Assembly: GCF_006345805.1 (NCBI RefSeq)
Contig: NC_043007.1
Span: 42,842,001 to 42,906,000 of the forward strand
Origin: Octopus sinensis
Taxonomy: Eukaryota
Length of the DNA stretch: 64,000 nucleotides
Direction of reading: 5' to 3'
Shown: positions 12,401 to 27,100 of the stretch, piece after piece
Layout of the letters: the number at the start of each line of letters is the position of its first letter
Numbering within the stretch: the first letter of the stretch is position 1
Translations under genes and position numbers: made by a program
Notes under the pieces: model-generated
Databases searched by the model: none
The model's input: the letters and a program-made list of their open reading frames with translations, nothing else
Told to the model about the DNA's origin: nothing

Positions 12401-15142
12401 AAACAAGGAAATCCTGCAGTCCTATTTTGATAGAACGACCAGTTTTTAATTTTCTAATTGGTAAAATGAAAAGAAATAAAGAAATAATAAAAAAAAAAAA
12501 AAAGGAAAAATATTTAGTTGAACAGTTTTGTGTAAATTCACCAGTCATTTTATTCATTCCTCCAAGGCATGATCGGAAACATTTCTTCACACTCAGAGTT
12601 GCTGAAGCATGGAATAAACTGCCTGCGTCAGTTGTTGACTGCCATGACACTGCATCCTTTAAGGCCCTCATGCTTTCTGAAATCCGTCGAAACTACACCT
12701 GATTATATATACACTTTCGATGAGTTGTAGTGCACCTGAGCACTGTACACAATGTTTATTATTATTATTATTATTATGATGTTAGTAATTCACAAATACA
12801 TTTGTCCTCATGCATTTTGAGGACTGAAAGTGTAGAATTTAGAATATTTTCTGAGAATGTGAACTTTCAGGTGTTTCTCAAAATTGCAGCCATTTGATGT
12901 AAAATGTTTGGCGAGTTCTGTGGAACTAGTTATTGTGCCTGACATCATACCTGTGCCCATCAAATCTTTTGTATAATTGTTCTATTGTACAATCAATATA
13001 AACCAAGTTGTGTTTGGTGCATTCTGCTGCATACACCAAATGAGAATCTATATGTGTCCCACCTTCCATATAAATCATAACATTTCTGTTATGATACATG
13101 ATAGAATTGATTTGACTCATGTTGTTGCACAATGAACAGGGCTTACTTCTCTTGCAGCTGTTTTTCTAAGTGCAGCATTCAGAAACTCCAATGATAGTTT
13201 TCTTGAAGTTAAAGGCAGTGGTTAATATTTCTGTTATATTTCTATTGTGGCTAAAGGAAAATTTGTTTGAAATGAGGATATTTTTCTGCAATATACAAGT
13301 AACTTTCATGTAACACTTTTGAAATGCAAGTGAAATTTCAGTGCCAGTTAATTACTAAAGGAATTCTATCACAAATTTTACTTTGATTGCTAAAATTATG
13401 TGTGGAAGTTTAACTTTCCTTGCTAATTTTAGCTATGTTATTTTCCTTTTACCAGTTATAAAATTGAAAACTGATGATGCGATTCTATCAAAATGTGAAC
13501 GCAAGATTGCCTCATTAATATTTTGTATTTCCGTTTCTGCGGTTGTTTCCATTTTACATTTTGAACCTGAAGAAGACAGATGATCTGTTGAAATATCATC
13601 CAAACCGTTAAATAAACAATCTATTACAAATCGCATCATGCTCTTCTTATTGTCTATTATTACTATTATTATTATTTAAAACAGTTTGATTAGGCCCATG
13701 CTGATGAACTAGGCTTCTGTAAGAAACCTATGAAACTTTAAGCTGCACGGGGCCAAGTCAAACTGTTTTAAATAATAATATATGAGGGGTTTTCATTAAA
13801 GATTTCCTCTAATCCAGTTCCAGTTATTGCAGGAAATGGAACTTATACAGGTATAATTATACATGTTTCTACATATCATATTGTAAATTGCAGCTTTTCA
13901 CTAGTATTTGTTTGTCTTTTACGGCTGCTGAAGTGGACTAAGGTGTTATAATGGAGGCAGTTGAATGCAGATCAGTGATCAGGTGCTTATACTCGAAAGG
14001 TCATACAGCAAAAGAGACTTTCAATGAGATGAAAGAAGTTTATGGTGATGATGCACCATCATATGATGTAACCAAGAACTGGCATTGCTAGTTCAAATGT
14101 GGTTGGACATTGGAGGAAACTGCTCCTATTCATGGATGACTACATTCCACCGTTGATGATGACACCATTCATAAAGTGGAAGCCATCATTTTGGAGGATC
14201 GTTGCATGACTATTTGGCAGCTAGCCCATGAAGTGAAGATAAGCAGAGGAAAAAAATCATTCATGACCATTTGCACATGCAGAAGTCGTTTGCACGATGG
14301 ATTCCCCGGATGCTCACACATTTTCAGAAGCAGGAATGAGTCAATTACTCCCAGGCTTTTTTGGCAACATGCCAAGAAAATGAGGAGGACTTTTTGGCAG
14401 ACTTATCACACAGGATGAAACGTGGGTCCATCAATATGATCCTGAGACTAAAGTCCAGTCAAAGCAATGGAAGCATGATAACTCACCACCTCCAAAGAAA
14501 ACTCATGTCCAACCCTTAGCAGGCAAGGTGATGCTCACAGTCTTTTGAGACCAGCATGAAGTAGCAATGATAGATTTTCTGGCAAAGGGAACCACAGTTA
14601 ACAGAGTATATTATGCTTTTCTGCTAAAGAAATTGTGCAGTGTCATCAAAGCAGAGAGGCATGGCATACTGACCCAAGGAGTCTGCCTCCACCAAGACAA
14701 CACCTCAGTTCACAATGCGCATATTGCCCAGATGGAAGCACACTCCTGCGGCTATGAAATCCTTCCTCATCTTCCTTACTCTCCTGACTTTGCAACATCT
14801 CACTTCCACCTCTTTCCACCTATGAAGCCTTTTTTGAAGGGGAAGCACTTTTTGGATGATGTAAAGTCTTGGTCACAGATGCAACCTACCAACTTCCACA
14901 GACAAGGTTTTACATCTGCATAAAGCAATGGGAGAAGTGTGTCACCATTGGTGGTGGCTATGTAGAGAAGGACTAATAATTATGCCAAGTTTCATTTATC
15001 CCAGTCCTTGAGAAGTGGGTCAGGGGAAATTTTTAATGAACACCCTTTGTATGTAACTCCTGCTAAATGTGTTGAATGCCTCTTTCATTTCTCCACTCAT
15101 CCATGTGTGCGTGTGTGTGTGTATATACACATACACTGTGCA

Positions 15143-15174
<32 letters not shown>

Positions 15175-18100
15175 TGAGTGTGTGTATTTTATTATATTGC
15201 TTAGGCATAGCAATACTAATAACTGGGTGTTAGAACTCAGTATACATATGCTTCAGAATAATGCATCAGCTGAGTACAGAGCAGTAATCATCATCATCAT
15301 CATTTAACGTCCGCTTTCCATGCTAGCATGGGTTGGACGGTTCAACTGGGGTCTGGGGAGCCCGAAAGCTGCACCAGTCCAGTCAGATCTGGCAGTGTTT
15401 CTACAGCTGGATGCCCTTCCTAACGCCAACCACTCCGAGAGTGTAGTGGGTGATTTTATGTGCCACCGACACAGGTGCCAGACGAGGCTGGCAAACGGCC
15501 ACGCTCAGATGGTGTTTTTTATGTGCCGAAATTAAAATGACAATGGGCCTCATGAAGTCAATGACAAGTAACCGAGACCTTTGGAGATATACTGTATTTG
15601 AGAAGACCTGGCAAGCCAAGTGAGACTGTAGCTGTGAACTATCCCAGTGTCACATAACCGGCCCATTTAAGGGTACCCTTCAATCATTGGGAAAGATACT
15701 GCGCTTGAGAAGACCTGTTGAATCAAGTGAAATCAGTGTCATGGCCAGTGCCAGTACCACCTGACTGGCATTTGTGCTGGTAGCACATAAAAAGCACCAT
15801 TAGAGTGTGGTCAATGCCAGTCCCATCGGACTGGTTTCTGTGCTGGTGGCACATAAAAAGCACCATACAAGTGTGGTCGATGCCAGTGCCGCCTGACTGG
15901 TCCCGTGCTGGTGGTACATAAAAAGCACCATTTGAGCGTGGTCAATAGCAGTACCACCTGACTGGCCCCCATGCCAGTGGCACATAAAAAGTACCCACTA
16001 CACTCTCAGAGTGGTTAGCATTAGGAAGGGCATCCAGCTGTATAAACCTTGCCAGATCAGATTGGAGCCTGGTGCAGCCTCCTGACTAGCCAGTTCTTAA
16101 TCAAAGTGTCCAACCTATTACAACATGGAAAGTGGATGTTAAACGATGAAGGAATAAGAAATTATGTCATGTATTTCACTAGCTTACAGCTGTTTCTGCT
16201 ACAAGAAGTAATGCACCCACAGTTGAATGCTTGTGTATCATCCTATAGCTTTATCGAAGCTTCAGACATGATGTGCAATGGGGTTATTCAACAAGAACAA
16301 TTTGAAATATTATAAGTTTTAAAAACAACTAAACTTACCAACAGAAGGGGCCACTCATTTGCAGATAAATATCCATGCTTTCCCACCATTCGAATTGTAA
16401 CTAGAAATGAAATATACATAGGTCATTATACAGTTGACTCTGATAAAAATAAAAACTTCACAATGGAAGTAATCCTAGAAATTCTCTTTGACTTTCTGAA
16501 TTCAACAGCAACAATATTACAGTTTTATGAGAGAAAATTAAATATAAATTACATTAAGAAAAAGATATATATAAAAAAAAAAAAATAATGAAAGCCAAGT
16601 ATTCAACAGATGATATAATGGTGTTAATAATAAGGCCTGAAATTTTGGCAGAAGGGCTAGTCAATTACATCAACCTCTATACTCAACCGGTACTTATTTT
16701 ATTAACCCTGAAAGGGTGAAAGGCTAAGTTGGCCTCAGAATTTGAACTCAAAACATGAAGAATTAGATGAAATGCTGTTAAGCATTTAGCTCAATGTACT
16801 AACAATTCTGCCAGCTCACTGTCCTAATGATGATAATAAAAGTAATAATACAGGTTTCAAATTTTGGCAGACAGCCAGCAAATTTAAAGAGGAGTGGTTT
16901 AGTTGATTACATCAATCTCAGTATTTGGCTGGAACTTATTTTATCAATCCTTAAAAAGAATGAAAGGCAAAGTCAACCTTAGTAGCATTTGAACTCAGAA
17001 CATGAAAAGTGGGAAGAAATACTAAGTATTTTGTCTCCTACGTTAATGATCTGCCAGCTTGCAGTCTTCATGATAATAAAAATAGTAACTAGTCTACCAG
17101 TGACCCGTTGGGTCACTGGGGAAGTCTGAGTTTCCCAGCAATGGAGTTTTGTTTTGTGGGTTTTTTTTTCTTTTCTATGTTATATTGCATGCTTTCAATG
17201 AATGTGACATCAAAATCATGTATAAACGGCACCTTTCCCCAGAAAAGGAAAGATTTAGTTGCTATTTCTTGCATGCCCTGCTACCATATAACAGGTATTT
17301 CAGGTCCTTTATCACAAAAAAAGCTGTTACGTGGTAGCAAGGTGTGCTAGAAATAGCAGCCAAATCTTTGGAGGTGGAATACGTTGAATGCACTCAAAAA
17401 AAACCTATGGAAAAAAACTATTTTACACTGAGGTTACAAACGTGTCTTTTACGAAATATTTACCGTATTTTTAAAGTCATTTTCACTTAAAAATATTTTC
17501 CCCATCATAATGTGTCTAATGGAAAGGTTACAGTTTCTTGCCTTTCAGGGCTACGTTATTTTCAGTGTGTTTTCCCATTATGCACCATTTTGGGTATTTA
17601 TACCCCAAAACACCAAATATCTCAAGAACTACTGATCAGATTTATGCGAAACTTGTTTTATTCCATTCAAAGTATTTTATTCAAAGTATTTTACCATTAT
17701 GTGCCAGTTTGGCTGTGTAACATTGCAAGCAAGCAAGATTGAACTTCACTTTGAATGTATCACAGATAGTAATAATATCTCTTGAAGCAATTAATATAGT
17801 GGTCAAAGATCTTGAAGAAAGGAATTCATGTAACTTTACCAAGAATGTTTTTGCATTCTTACTATCAATACAGAGACTGTGAAAAGTTGAATCAATAAGA
17901 AGACCAGTATTTCATATACTGATATAAACTTTATAATCTGCCTGTGGCCGAGACACTGAAGTCTCAATTAGTTCAGTGCCCCAAGCTGTAAATAAGCATC
18001 ACAGAGCAGGAAAACTCACTACTATATACAGCAGTGGCACTGTAATATTGCTGCATTCTTCTTTTAACTTCCAGTGAAACACTTCCAACAGATGGGATTT

Positions 18101-21100
18101 GAAAAGAAAAAAACAAAAAAGGATAAACTCTGCCAAGCTGATTCACTCTCTATACATATTGCATTGTAAGAGAATTGGGTATAGTTCTTCAACAACCCAA
18201 TGGGTTAAGAAATTCAGTTATTGCATGCATAGCAGGGAGAGTACATGAATCATTTATCACAAGTGTGATGGTAGGGAAATGTGGATAGTGAATATATTAG
18301 AACCTTAGCAGTTAGAGAGGAATAAGGAAGTTTTGATGCACGTGCAATGTTAGCAAAGCAACTGGACATCATAGTTTTGACAGATGTATGCAAAAGGGAC
18401 AATCAAATTGGTATGAATATTTAATGTGAATGGATGATGTTACACGCTGAATGATGAAGTGTTATGAATTGCTTAAAATCTTGCTCCAAGGCAGTTATGA
18501 CAGCACTTAAAAATGTTAACCATCATGATAAATAACAGTTGACTGAAATAGTTAAATGGGTGAAAATAAAGTAATATCACTGCATTGTCTTCAACCAAGG
18601 ATTGCTTATGGAATCTTACACATTAAAGCAACATTACTTTATAAACACTGATGAATGTCACCAAATGGAAGCAAGTTCAAAGTGATATCTAGTTGCATGA
18701 CCTATTTTCAAATTCCGCTCTTGACATATTTTTCTTTTGCTAACAATCTTTTAATGTTTACTCATTTCAGTAACTGCAGTGCAGCCATGCTAAAGCACTG
18801 CTTTGAGGGGTTAGAGGTTCTCAATAATTTTTTAGCTATGGACTCCTTTGATTCCTATTTTACTCTACTGGACCTCCAGAGCAATTCTAAGGATATAAAA
18901 GTAATCCTGCTATATTTTTAAACATTATTATGAAATGCATAAAAACAATTAAAATATTTCGTGTATTGTAGAAGAATAAACAATTTATGGTACATAAATT
19001 TTAACAAAAAATCTTATAAGGACCCCAATTGAGAATCATTCGGTTGAACAAATTGATCCCAGTACTTTTTGTTTTTATTCTAATGGTACTTTTTATTTTT
19101 ATTCTAATAGTCTTTTTGCCAAACCACTAAGTTATGGAGATGTAAACACACCAACACCAACTATCAAGTGGTAGTAGGGGACAAACACAATCACACACAC
19201 ACACATATACACACACGTGATGGGCTTCTTTCCCCCTCCCAACTCCCCCATAGTAATCCCCTCACATCCTAACATGATGCTAACCCCCACCACTTCCCAC
19301 AGTATTCATAGTCCTGTGAACTGTGTGGCAACCGCAATAATGCTGGTGGCCCAAAAATACCACCCAGTCCATGTTGTAAAGTGGCTGGTGTTAGGGAGAT
19401 CACCTCTAAAAACCATACCAAAGTAGACATTGGAGCTTGATGCAGTCCCTGGACACATCAGATACAGTTAAATCATCCAACTCACATCAGTATGAAACAT
19501 GGATGCTAAATGATGGTGATGATGTTTCTTTCAGTTTCCATCTACCAAATCCACTCATAAGACTTTGGTTGGCCCAGAGCTACAGTAGAAAACACCCAAG
19601 GTGCTATGCAATGGAATTGAATGATAAATGATTGGGAAGTAAGCTTCTCAATCACAGTCACACCTGCTCAAACTACTGGGAAAAAGACCTAACCATCATA
19701 AAATCACAATCCCCTCTACTGTAAATTTTGTGTAATGCTGAAATTTGTATGAGAAAAAAGAAATATATTGCAGATTTAGATCCAGGACAATTATGGTGTT
19801 TAATTTCTTTCACAATCTGTCTAACTGAAAATAGATATTATTTTTTAATTTCATGACTAAAAGTTCAGTGAAAGGCAGAGAGAAAATATCTAACTGTAAA
19901 AACACTTGCTGCACATATAAGTATATAAGTGTGACTTAATGTACACAATTTCTTCCTATTTGTTTTGCCATGGACAATCAAAGATAAGAAAAAAAATACA
20001 AAGATGCACCAGCATGATAAAATGGGCATGATGATGATGATGATGGTGGTGGTGGCAGTGGTTGTAATTTTCAAAATGTTAACATTAACAATATTAAAAC
20101 TTTAGAAATAATTAAAAAGTGAGAAAGAAACATATCCAACACATACTATCAGCGGTGAATTCCTTTTTGGAAGTGATTTCTAAGAAAAAGGCATATGGTC
20201 CATCATGCCATGTTGATGCCACAAAGGAATGTTTCTCGTGCTGAAATATATGTAAAAATATAAAATTATACCACCAGCTTCGTAACAATGCTTATTATTT
20301 TATGAAATTATTAACGCATACAGCATTCCTTGGAAGTGCTGCACAACCACAAAGCAGGTTTATACAGCCCTAACAGCAGTGAGTACCAGAATTGGTTTTA
20401 AGAGAAAATGCTGGCTTATCACAAGAGATTGTCATATGAATTGAATAAATATTTTAACTGTTCAAAACTGTTAGTTATGACTCACGAATAAAAGGAGAAT
20501 TTTGATTAAATTTACATGCTTTTATTTTTTATAAATAAGTTTATCCCTACTTCTTGTAAATGACATGTTTATCCTCATCCATTTGTAAATTTCTAAATTC
20601 ATCATGAGCCAATATGTCTTTTAGGAGGGTATTAGGGAATGTTTGATGCTCATGCTGTTGCCAATGAACCTTAGCTGTGTAGCTTGGACAGACCCAGGAA
20701 CCAACCAGGTCATAGACATGCATTTCTGGCAGCAAACATGTGTTTAATAAAAAAGAGAAAAACAAACAAAACATGCTAACCTTATCACACCTTACAAATC
20801 ATAAACTCACAACTTATCTATGAAATAAACATGAAAGTTTGTCTATTTGTTTTGAAACAACTTTGTCATTTCTTAACAAACTTTTACCAAATTTGGCATG
20901 GAAATCTGAAAGAATCCCAGAATAATCCATGAAGAACTAAAATAATACAAACCCAGTTATGCAGTTTCTTTGGTGTAAAACAGGATGGAATAGTTGGAGA
21001 AACAGTATGATTTTTAAGTTAGTGGTAGTGAGAGAATGAAGAACACAGACAGTTGAGTAGGAGTATTAGCAAGAGATACAGGTACATTCTAAAATATATC

Positions 21101-24100
21101 ATCACTTTGTGAGGTCAACATGTCTTTTCCTTTTGTCTTTCTTTAATTTCTCTCTGTCAACCACACACAACTGTTTTGCTCACAGTTTTTGAAATTTTAA
21201 AATTAAGTGAAAATTTTCAAATTTGGTATACTGATGTAATTTTTCACACTGAATCTGATTTTCACTTGTTTCAGGAAAAATTTAGAAAAATGTTACAAAA
21301 GGTTTAAAGTTTATTTTTACCCAATCAGAAAACAGTGTTTGCAAACAGGCATTTTGTGTGTAATAGCTGTCTATGACAACATGATGAGGACAAAACATTA
21401 TGACAACTGTCTTCCAAGTTTTAACTCAATACTGTGGTTCACAGATCATCAGATGCTTACAATATTGCAGCATTATTATTTCAAAATGATTTCAAGCAAT
21501 CTCGAATAATTTGTAAAAGTAGAATAAAGAATTCCATTGGAATTTAGAACAACAAAACAAATATAATTCCAATTGAGGTCTTTACAAATAGGGAAAGCTA
21601 GTCTTAAGAAAGAACATCATTTGTTGAAGGGAGAAAGACAGAGGAGTTGTATAACTTTCAATTTGTTGCAAATGGATAGTATATGAATAGGTGAATAAAG
21701 AAAAAATAAATAATTTACTTGGGTTAAATTTCATAAAAAAGGAAAAGAACAACAAAAACTTACATATTCAGAAAAGAGACAACACTTGGTACCATAATGA
21801 TCAAGCTCTAAACGTGTTTGACCCAACATACACATAAAGACTAAGATATTTTCTTAGCGTGATACAGTCAAAATAAACTTCTAAAAAATCTAAGCTGCAC
21901 CAAAATTTTCATTGGATCAAGTACACTTATTTACACTACTACTACTACTCTGGAAAATGATCTAACCATCATAACTTCATGGCTTTTTTTATATCATATA
22001 AACTTCACTGAAGTCAGTAACCTGGGGAGCAATGAACTTGATCAGATTGACTTCCTCTGATATACTATATAAATACATTGCACTCACTGGTACAATACAT
22101 TACTGATCTTTACTATTACTAACAACCACATCTCTTAACTGGCTAGTATCACATCAGTAATAACTGATCAATAATTTCCCTTAACCCTTTAGTAATCAGA
22201 TTAATTTGTCAAGTGTAATGCTTGTTTATTTACATTGTTTTGAATTTATCATGCATTATCTCACAGATTTGAGATTTCAATGATGTGATTGTTTATTTTT
22301 AGAATGATATTGTAGGGTAGATGTATGAGGCCAGACCTGGCCAGTTTGAACATAAAACAAACAGAATATTTGGGCATGATATGGCCAGTTTGAATACTAA
22401 AGGTTTAACACAACTACTCAATAATCACTTCATTTCACACATTGATAAGCGTTGATATCGGATACCCACTTTATTAAAAAGTAACAGTCAAACCCACACC
22501 AGCATGGAACTTGGGCATTAAATGATGATGACAAACAGTAATAACTTGAGCCAACAAGGGATCTTCTAGAAACAGCAGCCAAATCTTCCTCAAATCACAC
22601 CCTACCATTAAAAAAATAAAGCTGGAACACTTTTGATCCTAAATCTTTTTGAGCCATGTTAACACGGATCTAAATAACAACAGTAACATTTGTTTGATAC
22701 TCACCTCTCTCATTGCAACAGTAGCAGCTGTGCTGTTTTGTACAGGACTTTTCACTGATCGTGTATGTCGTCTGCTTTTCAATATATCTTTCGTTGCATT
22801 CTAATTGAAAAAGCAATGATTATAATTTCAAGTAAACTTTTAAAGTGAAAAGAGAACAGTAACATGTCAAGGATGAAATGAAAAATTGAAATAACTTTAT
22901 TAACAAATTAATGAAATATAAAGAAAAAACTCAACGGAAACCAGAATGGCTTGATAAAAAAAATTGATACGTTAGGAGCCATTCTAATAAGAAACTGATA
23001 ATTTTATAAAACATAACTACTTTTCCTTTGTTTCAATGTAAACATAAAATAAACAATTTAAGGTGACAGGTGTTGCACCAGTTTTTAAAAAGCAAGCTTG
23101 GTTTTCTAATTAAATTCAAAGTAATAACTCACTAGGACAATGTAAGCAATGTGGTTTAGAGATGGGAGTATAAGAAGTTTGATTTGAGCCACATGGCTCT
23201 GGGTTCAATTCCACAGTGATATACCTTGGGTAAATGTCTTCTACTATGTCTTCATTTTGATCAATACCTTATTAGTAAAATTTGGAAAAGAGAAAATATG
23301 TCGGAGTCAGACACACACACACACGTCTTAGTAAATAAGAAGGCAGACAAATCACAAATCCCTTCAAGTAGATGGCCTTTCTCAAACTGTAAAAAAGATG
23401 TAGGTAGAGACTTTATAAGAGAGACCCAGTGTAAGCTTTGGACACATAAAAGGTGCAGCAATATCAGAGGAAGGTTAACAGGGAAACTAGCTTTTGTATG
23501 TGGAAAATGCACAAGTACAATAAATACTGAAAATGAGCAGAAAATAAGATTTCATCGACTGCCAGGGGTGCAAGCTAGAGGTAGTAGATAGCTTCTATTA
23601 TCTAGGTGACCAAGTTAGTAGTGGAGGTAGATGTTCTAAGAGTATAGCTGTGAGAATAAGATCAGGATGGGCAAAGTTCAGAGAGCTCCTACCCCTAGTG
23701 GCAACAAAAGGCCTCTCTCTCAGAGTGAAAGGCAGATTTTTTTGATGCCTGTGTGCAAACAACTATGCTGCATGACAGTGAAACATGGACTGTGACAGCT
23801 GAGGACATGTGTAAGCTTGAAAGAAATGAAACCAGTATGCTTCCCTGGATGTGCAATGTTAGTGTGCATGTCCGACAGTGTAAGCATCTTGAGAGAAAAG
23901 TTAGGCATAAGAAGCATCAGATGTAGTGAGCAAGAGAGACAACTGTGCTGATATGGTCATGCGATGTGTATGGATGAGGGCAGCTGTGTAAAGAAGTGTT
24001 GATCTCTAACTTTGGAGGGAACTTGTAGTAGAGGTAGACCCTGGAAGACATGGAATGAGGTAGTGAAGCATGATCTTCGAACTTGAACCCTCACAGAAGC

Positions 24101-27100
24101 AATGAATAGTGACCGAGACCTTTGGCAATGTGCTGTGCTTCAGAGGACCCATCAAACCAAGTCACCCATGCTAGTGGCACATAAAGAACACCTTTCAAGC
24201 ACTGGGCCTCACAGAGGCAATAGCTGAGACCTTTGGCATTATGTTGTGCATGAGAAAGAAGACCCATCAAGCTGAGCAAAATGGTGGTCATGGCAGATAC
24301 CTATTTCTTTATTATCCACAAGGGGCTAAACACAGAGCGGACAAACAAGGACAGACATAGGTATTAAGTCGATTACATCGACCCCAGTGCATAACTGGTA
24401 CTTAATTTATCGACCCCGAAAGGATGAAAGGCAAAGTCGACCTCGGCAGAATTTGAACTCACAACGTAACGCAGACGAAATACCGCTAAGCATTTCGCCC
24501 GGCGTGCTAACGTTTCTGCCAGCTCGCAGATACCGGTGACATGCAAATTGGCATTCGTGCTGGTAGCATGTAAAAGCACCCATCACACTTTCAGAATGGT
24601 TGGTGTTAGGAAGGGCATCCAGCCATAGAAAACCATGCCAAATCAGACTGGAGTCTGGTGCAGCCTTCCAGTGTGCCAGCCCGGTCAAACTGTCCAATCC
24701 AAGCCAGCATGGACAATGGACGTTAAATGATGATGATGATACATAGACACAAGTAAGTAAGCACATAAGTGCAAAACAAGATGGTAAAAACTAGTACTTG
24801 AATACCAAAGGTATACAATATATTTAAAAATTTTTTTCCAATCCACCGAAATGTTATTATTTTCTGCAAGAGTAAATTGGCCTTCTATACAACTGTATAC
24901 CATTAATTTCAAAAGTAGTTGCCCAATCAGCTTCAAATGTTTAATCATTGAGTTGGTATCCACGAACACTTGAATAGTTACATGAAATGCTGAATAACAA
25001 TTTGTGAAGTTTTCATCAGCTTCAATAAAATAATATATATATATATATGCTTTTGGTGCAAATAGTTTTCTTATATGGTACCAAGTTTTACAATCTTGTA
25101 AATAATAATAATAATGGCATTTACATAAGATTAAAGCTTATAGCAATCAATGTGCAATAACTAAGGAAAACAGCCTAATAATGGGAGCTTTCTGATCTGC
25201 ATGGGGCATGAACCCACATCACTTTGTTAGCAGGACTAAGTGTGTTACAATTACACCAGAGAATTAGCTTCCCTCTTTCTGTCAAATTTAACATGTATAT
25301 TAGTTTGCAGTTGTTTCTTTGTAAACTAACTTTGACTGCGGCCAGCCATACCTTTACTTGAAGAAATCGACCCCAGGATTTGTTTTTTGCGGGCCTAGTA
25401 CTTATTCTATCGCTCTCTTTTGCCAACTGCTAAGTTACAGGGATGTAAACACACCAACATTGGTTATCAAGCAATAGTGGGGGGACAAACACAGACACAT
25501 ACATATGACAGGCTTCTTTCAGTTTCCCCTCTACAAAATCCACAAAGCTTATAATAGAAGACTATAATAGAAGACACTTGCCCAAGGTGCCACGCAGTGG
25601 GACTGAAACTGGAACCATGTGGTTGGGAAGCAAGCTTCTTACCACACATCCACTCCTGCGTCACATATACATACCACCAACTACTTCATTAAATTACATA
25701 ACCAATCTAGAACACTTTAACACACTTTCAAATACCACTGTTGGTGTATACAACATATCTCAGGTGTAAAAAAACAAAAAAAACAAAACTATTAACCTAT
25801 ACAAACACAATCACATCTATCACACTCAGTTAGCAACTCTTTTTCTGATATCACTTTCTGCTCCACATGTCTAAGTAGCAAGACCAACTATTAAAAATCC
25901 CTCAACTTGTCCATCATTACAACATACACATCACTGACCAAAACAAAAATAATTTAACAAACTTCAAGAAAATCCTTAGGAGAAAAAACCCCCCAAAATA
26001 ACTTCCACTAATATCTTACACACACACAATACATGGTTGTGCTAATAAAAAAATATCCCATACAAACACCGTTCTAATTGATAATCAGCGGAGTCTTTAC
26101 ATACTTAAAAAAAACCCCCAGAAAATGAACAGAACAGTCATGGCTGGAATACCTGCTTTATCAGGGCCACCTTAGGGACTAAATCACAACAATATGAAAG
26201 AAGGCAATAAAACAATAAAGGAGCTATACAATTGCTAATTATGTAAAGAAAACAACTGTCAAACTTTACCTCTCGAGTTATGTCAACTACCCTATAAGAT
26301 TCAGTGTTCCATTTCTGAAAAGCAAGAGAAACAGTTAAATGAAAAGAATAGTTGAATCCATCAAGGTATACATATATTGTATAAGCAATCAAGAAAATAA
26401 AGAGGCTTCTACATGGCTGTTCAGCCTAATACAGACAGCTGCCAAATCTACCTCAGATCATGCCCTACTGTCTTTAAGAACATGACACATTGAATATTGT
26501 AGCTTTAAATACTTTACACCTCTACTCCTGCCCTCAAAACTGGACATGATGGTTAGGATTAGAATATTTCAAAACACAGGGATACTCAACCAAAGTTGAC
26601 CTGGGATTAAGCAACAACAACATCAGGTGGAAATAGGAGTTTGACAAAAATCAATACTCTATCAACATGGATTTTAATTAAGCAAAATATAGCATAAATG
26701 CTTAATTAGTCAAAGTTACTATTTTGGGGTTGCATTGATTATATAATCATTGTTTAATGATGATGTCTTCAAGCTGGTGATGAACCTGCAAGAAATAGTA
26801 GCCAAATCTCCCTCAAATTAAATTGTTGTTTTAAAAATATAATCCTGTATCAAAATGACAGGATGGTCACAACTGGAATGCCTTTGGTTATAAACCTGCT
26901 TTATCAGAGCTAAGCTGAGCCAAAACAACAATATAATAATCATCATTAATTTTACATATGTAACTTTCTATTAACTTTTGTTTCTTTAGCATGTGTTTGA
27001 AACTAATGTAGCAAGGTCAATATTTATGGTTACAAATATTAAGAGACAATAAACACTTCTAAAATCCATATTTATATAAATTAAATCAAAATGCATAAAC

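Noticed and set aside
14567-14923. SETMAR-like domesticated transposase
   Set aside because: TIRs and TA flanks are present, the frame has stops and frameshifts, and the third catalytic Asp appears lost
20547-20774. 75-aa minus-strand ORF with an acceptor-like start inside the TMEM87 intron
   Set aside because: No donor before the stop, the phase is incompatible, and there is no recognisable homology
21758-21860. Strong minus-strand donor GTAAGT at 21758-21763 with an open frame upstream
   Set aside because: No good phase-0 AG acceptor keeps the frame (only a GAG), and the flanking exons join directly
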